A DNA stretch of 13,597 nt from Azolla caroliniana (taxonomy: Eukaryota; Plantae; Polypodiophyta). Each line of letters opens with the position of its first letter. Within the stretch, counting starts at the first letter, position 1. Location: positions 1-13,597 of the forward strand of contig JBHGNT010000940.1 of NCBI GenBank assembly GCA_043228905.1, read 5' to 3'. The translations under genes and the position numbers were made by a program. The notes under the pieces are model-generated. The model had not been told where the DNA came from and searched no databases. It was given only the letters and a program-made list of their open reading frames with translations. Below are positions 1-7,606 of the stretch, piece by piece.

Positions 1-241
1 CAATTGAACGCAATACGAAAATGAAAAGAGGCCATATATTCATGCACATCCACGACATCTTCAATGATGTTTTTACTAACACATGTAATATTAACATGTT
101 AAAACCATCAGATGATCAAATCTAATCAATAGCATGCCTTTGTTTCATCAAGAACTTCAAATTAAAATTCATAAATGTATGAGACATCAAACAGCACACA
201 GGCATACAATGTACATATCAGTTCATTTATTTTTAGTAGTA

Positions 242-622
242 CATGCATGCATGCTTAATACACAAATACACAAATAAAATCTACAAAGATGCGCACACTA
301 TATTTGTACCATACATATATATTAGTATCATTGGAAATTTCAGCCTATTCCTGGTAGTTCCTAAGTTTTAATGTCCATGTAACATATTTTAACATTTCCA
401 AAGACCTCACGTTATGTCACCTAGGTTAAAAGTAAGATGGATGTCAGACATCCATGCATGCATATACAAATACACATAAAATATATAAAGATGTGCACTT
501 GTAATTTTACCATATTTACATTCGTGCATATATATTATTACCATTAAACATTTCGGTCTATTCCAGCTGCTTCCTATGCTGACTGTGCGCGTAACATATT
601 TTTTAACATTCCCAAAGGCTTC
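242..622. repeat. Two diverged direct copies (about 165 bp; ~242-408 and ~453-622) in POP1 intron 5
   Basis: Shared CATGCATGCAT...CAAATACAC...AAAGATG.GCAC...CTATTCC...GTAACATATTTT(T)AACATT.CCAAAG. Confidence 0.85.
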
Positions 623-823
623 CAATCTTATAACGCCAAAAGTGTTAAGCAATATGAGCATAACAAAACACACCAAAACTCAATCAAGATGCCATCATGC
701 AAGTGTCCTGCCTGACATGCCACAGCCCACAATGGATATTCAAATATATATGATATTACTAATACAGAATTCACTGTTATAACGATGTAATGAGATAACC
801 CTTATCAAAAAGTAGTCCCCTAC

Positions 824-942
824 CTTTTCAAAGGAAAAATAACCTTTTGTAATATCTCAAATGACTTCTCCCCTACAAGATCCAACATGCCTAAGTCTTC
901 TCTCCTTGAGAAGCAACCAATTATACCATCACTCACAGACTC
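824..942 (-). CDS. POP1: POP1 coding exon 5 (ESVSDGIIGCFSRREDLGMLDLVGEKSFEILQKVIFPLK)
   Basis: Acceptor GCATAG| at 943 after an 80-nt intron, donor AG|GTAGGG at 823. Open in the expected phase and resembles the plant POP1 CFS...L.L.G.KS..LLQK.L.P segment. Confidence 0.8.
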
Positions 943-3904
943 CTATGCATCCAAAACACACTTGTGAGAAACATCTGAAACCCATGTCTTGTTATACAGC
1001 ATATTTAGATCCCCATCATTACCACTTTCCTACAAGTCAGCTGTAATGCTTGCAACGCCTCTTCAAAAGCGGCAGCATGGACCCAAATCCATAGGTCTCT
1101 TTCGCTCTGATCCATTTGAATGCCACCAGTTACAGGGAGGACAGGTTTCCAAAGAAGAATTATGGGAGCAATGAGCTTGTAAGGTGCTTCTCCGACATGG
1201 TGTAACTGACAAAAACATATAGCAACAAAATCCCCCACATAAGACGGCCATACACAAAAAGAATCATGATAAATCAGAAACATAGAACATACAAGAGCTT
1301 TAGTGAAATATTCCCCAGAAAGTTCTTGTTGTTTTAAGTCACGATCAGAGTTGGCAGCTTCTGGCAACTCAAACATAAGTTGCATAATTTGCAGTAATTT
1401 CTCCTGAAGTTGAGCCCAAACAAACGGATAAGCATCTCAGCATTTATTGTCATCATCAATATTCACTTGATCATGGTTCATTTTGACACAAAACGCCATT
1501 ATCATCATCTTGATGATGCTTACAATGAATAGCTTCATGACAAAAATCATGCATAGAAACTCTTCTGAGAAATGTAGAGGCCTTTGCGAATCATTTCCAA
1601 AATACAAGAAATTATTTCAACCGAAAAAAAGAGCTTTATGCAAGATCTCTTCCCGGATATTTTGAAGTTATATTGCGCTTGCAGACTGTTTGGGTGGACA
1701 ACGAAGACTATATTAACATTAATTATCAATGAGCTAGTTTCATGCATGCGATATGTTTTCCCGTGACATAAGCTACATCAAATGCAATTATGAGGTATTT
1801 TTGGGCATACAATAATAAGAGTGCATTTGCCAAATAAAAAATTGTATTTTGCTACCTCCTCTCCGTGAATCTGAATTGCATTGTAAAAGCTAGCATCTTG
1901 TAGCAAGGCTTTAGTTTTACACCATCTCAATACAGCTCTTGATCCTCGACCCCTATAAACAAAGGCAAGTTATACATACAACATTGAGGATTGGTGCAAT
2001 ACAAAGAAATTCAAGACCAACTACACAGGATCAAGAAAGTAACGGAAGTAAAAAAATAGATTATATTCATAAAATACAATAACTGGAAGCAAATTAATAT
2101 CGATTAATTGATGACTGAAGAGATCCTATCTATAATTGAACCAGTCAATGATGCAAGGACTAGACGAAATATTAATACCCAGTATTGTGTTAGCCAGCTT
2201 GAGCTTCAACAAATCTTAAAGGTATATCAAAATAAAACAGGACCTCACATACTCTATTCTTCAATTGTTTATCAAATTTATAAATGCCGCAAATTCTGTG
2301 CTTGAAAAATATGACAGGAATGTTCCCATATGTCAAAGAATGGGCCAGAAGTGTTTGTCTTATGTAGAAGACCCAATTCATGCTTCTATTATGCTCAATT
2401 GAGAAGTTTAACAAGAACAAAGCCGTTCCATTGAATTCAAAATCTAACAATGAACAGATTTGACAGGAAATATCCTTGATCAGCATTCGATATTTATGGA
2501 TCAGTTCATTTTACTTCTCAATACTGATATTCTACATAAAACTCACTGCATTTCTTCCTAATATTGCATTTTAGACTACACATAAATAGGTTGTAAGATA
2601 AGAATATTAGAAAAGAGGCTAAGACTTTGAAAACGATGGTTCCAAACCGTCATGCATAATTAAAATCGGCAAATTAGAAATATTTAATAAAAGAAGAATT
2701 AAGATCTGAATTGTGTGACACTATTTCAGGTATTAGGTATTATTTCAGCTGTCATCATCCACTGAAATATTGATTCACTGTCGTAGGATAAGAAGAATGT
2801 TAACGAGATTAAGACTTTGAAAGGGATGGTTTCAAAATGCCATGCATAATTCAAATCATCAGATCATCATGAATATTTAACGAAATGAAGAATCGTGATC
2901 TCAGATTTTAATCAACAGTCGTAGGATTAGAATATTGAGAACAAGGTGAAGACTTTGACATGAATGGCTTCAAAACATCAAGCATAATGAAAACCATCAG
3001 ACCATAAACATTTAACAAAAAGATGAATGAAGATCTGAATACTGTGAGACTGCTCCAAGTTTTATGCATTATTTCAGCTCTCATTAATAATCAATCACAG
3101 TGCAGAAATTGCATCAAAAATGCAACGTTTTCAGAATCTTACTACAAACACGCAACCCGTCTATGTTTCTCGTTCCACATGCAAAAACACAAATGGAAAC
3201 ATAGAACCAGTGAAGATTGAGTTTTCCATACAGCCAAGCAAAACTTTCTCTCTTTTCTTTTTACACATAAAAGACTGGGAAAAAAGGTATTTGGATGACT
3301 TGTAAAACGCATAGTGGGGAAAAAGCACATACTTTCCAGGGCGACCAATGGGAAGATAGTATCCCCATTTTTTGTCCATAGAAAATCTTTTGGCGTGCCA
3401 CACGTGGGTTGACAACCTTCTGGTTCCATTATTAGCTATCAATGAGCCAACTGATTTGAACTCTAGCAATCTACGAAGGGCACGGCAGAGTTTCTTTCTC
3501 TTACACGGATCATTCTTACTTTCCTTTCCCAAATGGATGCTTTGATCAAATTCCCCTGAATTCACATTGTTGTTTTCCTTTCGAACCCTAGATTTCTTTT
3601 CCGGGTGCAAAGCAGAGTATAATGATGCTGTTATATGAACACTTTTGTTCTTTTTCTGTTTGTATAACCATGGAAGAGGGCGACGACGGCGAGTATAGCT
3701 CGAAGTTCGTCTACGGAGGTGGCGTGGTAGAGACGTAGAATCCTTATTAGTTTCATCCCAGTTATCCGTCTCTTTATGTGTAGCAGCTTTCCGTTTCTTT
3801 ATTGCAGCATGAAGGGAAAGCAGCTCGGCTACGCGAGCCTTAGCAAAATGCTTCACTTCTAAAGTGCGAGGAGGGGCCTCCAATGCCATTACTACATCTT
3901 CCAT
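824..3904 (-). CDS. POP1: Ribonuclease P/MRP protein subunit POP1, 5' part (exons 3904-3333, 1952-1856, 1403-1293, 1205-1023, 942-824; gene continues past the left edge)
   Basis: The spliced translation contains the POP1 N-terminal signature SLPRHLRRRTSS...RRLSTHVWHAKRFSMDKKWGYYLP, then plant-type GKGRGSRAVLRW...LLQDASFY and DLWIWVHAAAF. All four introns are GT-AG and phases match (2,0,0,0; the last exon ends in phase 2). Confidence 0.95.
1023..1205 (-). CDS. POP1: POP1 coding exon 4 (LHHVGEAPYKLIAP...LWIWVHAAAFEEAL...CRKV)
   Basis: Acceptor TTTTTGTCAG| at 1206, donor GTG|GTAATG at 1022. 183 nt; WIWVH motif typical of POP1. Confidence 0.88.
1293..1403 (-). CDS. POP1: POP1 coding exon 3 (EKLLQIMQLMF...GEYFTKAL)
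   Basis: Acceptor CTTCAG| at 1404, donor CTT|GTATGT at 1292. 111 nt, in frame with ORF 1005..1385. Confidence 0.85.
1856..1952 (-). CDS. POP1: POP1 coding exon 2 (GRGSRAVLRWCKTKALLQDASFYNAIQIHGEE)
   Basis: Acceptor TTTATAG| at 1953, donor GAG|GTAGCA at 1855. 97 nt; completes the AA+G Lys codon. Not in the ORF track. Confidence 0.9.
2590..3100. repeat. Three diverged tandem copies (about 140-190 bp) in POP1 intron 1
   Basis: GT.GTA.GAT.AGAA...AAGACTTTGA...ATGG.T.CAAA...CA.GCATAAT...ATTTAA...GATCT recurs at ~2590, ~2780 and ~2918. Copies 1 and 3 also share ATTATTTCAGCT.TCAT. Confidence 0.9.
3333..3904 (-). CDS. POP1: POP1 coding exon 1 (MEDVVMALEAPP...YYLPIGRPGK)
   Basis: Lies in ORF 3161..3949. 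ATG at 3904-3902; donor AA|GTATGT at 3332. Contains the THVWHAKRF motif. The start could instead be the second Met (MALEAPP). Confidence 0.92.
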
Positions 3905-4069
3905 CACTCTCCCAGAAGAAAAAGAAAAAAAGGGAGAAACAAGGAGCAATTCAAACCAATCATGTATATGCAGTCTTCTTCATCATCACAGCCATCATCG
4001 TTAGCTTGCTCTGAAAGGACAGATTGGTATCTAAAGTGAGGGGTTGAGGAGTACCAGAGGGCTGTCTTT

Positions 4070-4328
4070 CTTGCCTGCAAAAGGCTTGCCCTAAAACCTC
4101 ACACTACTCGGAGGGTAAAGAGGATCTGTCGACTTACTTGCTGTGAACAATCCAGTCTTGCCTTGCCTGCAAAAGGGTTGTCCTGAAACCTCGTACTGCT
4201 CAGAGGGTAAGAGGAGCTGAAGACTTCACCTCCTGACCAATCCAGTCTTGCCTGCAAAAGAGTTATCCTGAGAAATTCACACTGCTCAGAGGGTAAGAGG
4301 AGCTGAAGACTTACTTACTGAACAATTC
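4070..4328. repeat. Three tandem copies (about 85-92 bp period) upstream of the POP1 start, plus a degenerate fourth copy at about 4005-4055
   Basis: CTTGCCTGCAAAAG...CTC(A/G)GAGGGTAA(A)GAGGA...GACTT recurs at 4070, 4162 and 4247. Confidence 0.95.
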
Positions 4329-4403
4329 ATAGACAGGGGGGGGGAGGGGGATCCTCTGCTCCACGAGTTCTTTTTTTCTGGTTTGTACTCTGCCCTCCCC
4401 TGC

Positions 4404-4561
4404 TCCCCTGCCCTGCCCCAAATGGTCTAACCCTAAACCCCTAAACCGTAAACCTGAGTCCTCTCCGCATATGCAAAAACTTGTCCCCTGCCCTGCCCCA
4501 AATGGCCCGACCCTAAACCCCTAAACCGTAAACCGTAAACCGTTGTCCTCTCCACATATGC
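4404..4561. promoter_or_regulatory. Duplicated 80-bp unit containing telomere-like CCCTAAA/CCGTAAA repeats; probable POP1 promoter/leader region
   Basis: TCCCCTGCCCTGCCCCAAATGG...CCCTAAACCCCTAAACCGTAAACC...GTCCTCTCC.CATATGC at 4404 and 4484. The duplication is directly visible; the promoter role is inferred from position. Confidence 0.6.
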
Positions 4562-6129
4562 GGTTTTTGCTTCTGGGGTATAGTATGAACCATACGTAAC
4601 ATACGTGCATTCGCATTCGAGCGTGTTTCAATCATTCGAATACGGTAAACACCCTCGAAGTATGGTCAATAGCATACTTTTGTATTGATTATTTGTTATA
4701 ATGTAATTTTTTTAAGGTAAAAAGCGAAAAAAACAAAACATAAGAATGTTTTGGCAACATATGCATTCGTTTTCGTTCATATGAAAAAAAGTATGTTTGC
4801 CAATGCATTTGAGTATATTACGTACTATGCTTATGGGCAGCACTTGGACAAAATAACAAGATGTGTCTTGGCCATTTCCCGGAGGTTGCTTCCTGATTCC
4901 CTCCTGGCCACCTAGTTTCATGGCTTCCTCCTTGGAGCTCTCCATATACTCTCCATGATAGCTAGCTCCATACGGAAATTTCCATCCCAAGTGCTCCTTG
5001 ATTTCAATATGGGACTAGTGGGGCCAAAATAAGAAAACACAAGACAAATGGAACTAGGAACATTCGCCTAACGTTAAGTTATGTAAACCTCTCTTTCTTT
5101 GCCGATTAGCTTCGTCTACTTTCGAAAAAAAGTGCAAGATTTATTAGAAATGAACTATGATCATGGCACCGTGATTTGCAAAGAAACTATGTTGCTACTT
5201 TGCCATTTGGTAAAAGTTCAACGGGTAGTGATTCACTTCTAGCTTAAGATGGTAGAAGAAAACTAACATCGCATTTTTGTGTTTGGAAAACTTGTCCCTA
5301 TGGAGAAGAAATCGAGAATTCAGCTCCGCATTAACCACTTGGCAAGAGAAAGCAAAATAGTTTTCTCAATGACCAATATTTGAGTGCACGATCCCATTTG
5401 TGCTTCTATTTAGATGTAACATTGATCGACTATGTCATTGCTTCACAAAACCAAATTCATTTCCATGTAATGAAACCATTTCTGGGGTGAATTGGCGTGA
5501 GGCATGCAATGGTGTGATGACATCTTGATAATCAGTGGTCTTGACCATGTTGAACAATAACCTTACTTAGCCCTAAAGTATTGGTGGCTAGTGGTTAGTT
5601 ATTCAATATCTGAGTTTATATTTTCAAACATCAAAGGTTAACGTGAATACTAATAAGAATGAAGATGGACGCTCTCAATTGTTGTTGGTCATCCCAACAA
5701 CTCATTTCTTCAAACATTCTTCTCATAGGGGATATAAGGTTAGATTATTTCAACCTACGTCCTAATCAAATAGCAAATCATTATTGATAAATTATCAAGA
5801 GTGCTAAAAAATGAACGCGTTTAATTGTGTCAAATGGTTAATTTCTTATTCAAGTGGACACCTTGTTTAGTTCCCTGAAAAACCATATGCAAGTGTCTAA
5901 GCACCTTAACATTGCCTTTAAGAAAAGTTCCCCAACAACATGCAACTTGTCCTTGTAGAATACAAGTTTACAACTTTGGTAGTAGCATGGACTTGAATTA
6001 CTACATAATATATTTCTTCTCAATTTCCATTTGATTACAAAAGACAATTTCTTGATTATATGATATGTTTTTGTTTAGATTATGGTTCACATTATGCGTA
6101 CGTAATGTTAAATCTATCATGGATTTTGA

Positions 6130-6156
6130 TCTCTCTCTCTCTCGCACACACACACA
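6130..6156. repeat. (TC)n-(CA)n compound microsatellite
   Basis: Directly visible. Confidence 0.85.
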
Positions 6157-6382
6157 TGTATGTATGTATAATTAAAATATAGTCATCATTGAGTACATGC
6201 ATACATTTCATTGTCCAACATTGATTTTGGCATTGGTGCGAAAGATGCAAACTCAAGTGCACACATGGAAAGCTAAAGAGTTTAAAGTTTTGTGACCACA
6301 CTAATGCGAGAAGGACCAAACCGTTATAAAAAGACTATAAAGACTTAAAGTTCATTTATGTGTTTTTTTAGATAGGCTAGAG

Positions 6383-6426
6383 CCTCTCCCTCCCTCCCTC
6401 CCTCTCTCCCTCCCTCTCTCTCTCTC
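6383..6426. repeat. (CCCT)n/(CT)n compound microsatellite
   Basis: Directly visible. Confidence 0.9.
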
Positions 6427-6947
6427 ATTCTCCCTCACAATGTCTCATTGTGTGCACAATTGGTGTTAAGCACTTTACTTTAAACTTTACACTGATATCA
6501 TTGACATAATTGTACTTGACTGTGTTGAATCATGATTAATTGAAGTGTGATGTGCCTATTTGTGCATGCTTTTATATGTCATTAACTAATAGGTTCAATG
6601 CTTAAGCCCTATGGAGACAATAGTTTGCTTATTCATTTTGATAACTATTCAAGAGATGAGAGGAAGAGTTCACTTAGGACATAACATACGACAGTTGCGT
6701 GATTACCGCTCTTTGTACAAATTGATAACGAGATGGTAAATGATGATTTGGCACCGACATACAATCTCATAAAGGAGATAAAACTTTGTGCTCAGTGCGA
6801 CACGCCTAGAAGCGACACACGCACGCACAAACACACCTCTCCTCTTTGTCAAGTGCATAAACATGTGGTTTACTAGAATCTAGGGATTCCAGGCATATAT
6901 CATATGTCATGAATTCCAAAAGCTACTCTTTGTTGATGGTTAGATAT

Positions 6948-7107
6948 GGCCCAATGTAGCCTCTTCAAAGCCACACAAAACCCCAAACCCTAAAACCCTA
7001 ATAAGGGGCCGAGATGACACCCAAAACCCAAACCCTAAAACCCTAGTACAAGGTTGTTTCGGACAAGGGATCGAGAAGACGACCAAAACCCCAAACCCTA
7101 AAACCCA
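6948..7107 (+). promoter_or_regulatory. Telo-box cluster (five AAACCCTA) with a site II element (GGCCCA), upstream of the RRM-like gene
   Basis: AAACCCTA at 6985, 6993, 7030, 7038 and 7093, arranged as three CAAAACCC(C)AAACCCTAAAACCC units; GGCCCA at 6948-6953. Telo-box plus site II is an established plant promoter module. Confidence 0.7.
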
Positions 7108-7181
7108 AGATGCCAAGTGCCGGACGGAGCAATACAAAAAACACTATGGGAGACGATGGCGAATACACGTAATGAATGGAT

Positions 7182-7183
<2 letters not shown>

Positions 7184-7229
<46 letters not shown>
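7184..7229. repeat. (CA)23 microsatellite
   Basis: Uninterrupted CA run. Confidence 0.98.
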
Positions 7230-7233
<4 letters not shown>

Positions 7234-7431
7234 TCGATACATTGGGTTTTGGCCTCTCTTTTCTTCTTCTTGTTGAAGAAGAAGGGGTTTGGGGCCAAAC
7301 CGAAGGTTTCTCTTTCTTTAATAAAAGAGAAGAAATGAAGGGTTTCTTCTTTGCCGATTCTACATTACATATACTATTATAGACAGACTATAGTTATAAG
7401 TTATAACTTATACCCTAGCAGTGTAGTAGAC

Positions 7432-7475
7432 AAGAAGAAGAACCCCGAAGAAGAAGAAGAAGAAGAAAAAGAAGA
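7432..7475. repeat. (GAA)n tract in the probable 5' UTR of the RRM-like gene
   Basis: Directly visible; GAA/CT tracts are common in plant 5' UTRs. Confidence 0.85.
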
Positions 7476-7545
7476 CACACAGAACAGACTGAAAGAATGA
7501 TTCTCTGAGCGTTCTCGCTCCTCTGAGGCTTCCCCACTCACCTCC

Positions 7546-7606
7546 ATGGCTCGCTTCCTTCGTCTCGGCTCCATCCCTCCTCCGAAACACCTCCTTCATC
7601 GCACAG
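7546..7606 (+). CDS. RRM-like gene exon 1 (MARFLRLGSIPPPKHLLHRT)
   Basis: CCATGG start context after a pyrimidine-rich leader. Donor CAG|GTTCCC (weak) followed by a U-rich intron. Phase 1 fits exon 2. Confidence 0.6.

Noticed and set aside
3161-3332. C-terminal part of the 262-aa ORF (YVLFPHYAF...)
   Set aside because: Read-through into POP1 intron 1 past the GTATGT donor; POP1 similarity resumes at 1952.
407-3429. Numerous short ORFs within or antisense to POP1 introns and exons
   Set aside because: Shadow frames of POP1 exons or AT-rich intronic repeats; no independent coding signal.
4070-4328. CRISPR-like or other repeat-spacer array
   Set aside because: Whole units are homologous with no unique spacers, the context is eukaryotic, and there are no cas genes.
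4427-4545. Telomerase RNA gene (template-like CTAAACCC next to POP1)
   Set aside because: The motifs are multiple and duplicated, with no correctly spaced USE plus TATA Pol III promoter upstream. A telo-box or interstitial repeat explanation is simpler.
4712-4990. 92-aa minus-strand ORF
   Set aside because: Non-ATG start, no recognisable domain, no convincing splice partners. Possibly decayed TE sequence but unsupported.
5005-5015. snRNA USE-like GTCCCATATTG on the minus strand
   Set aside because: Two mismatches to RTCCCACATCG, no TATA box at the expected spacing, and no recognisable snRNA downstream.
5040-6100. Possible retrotransposon or pseudogene remnant in the intergenic spacer, including ORF 5850..6047
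   Set aside because: I could not recognise any RT, integrase, RNase H or transposase motif; a BLASTX would be needed.
6739-6800. Box C-like ATGATGA
   Set aside because: No CTGA D box at a suitable distance and no terminal stem.
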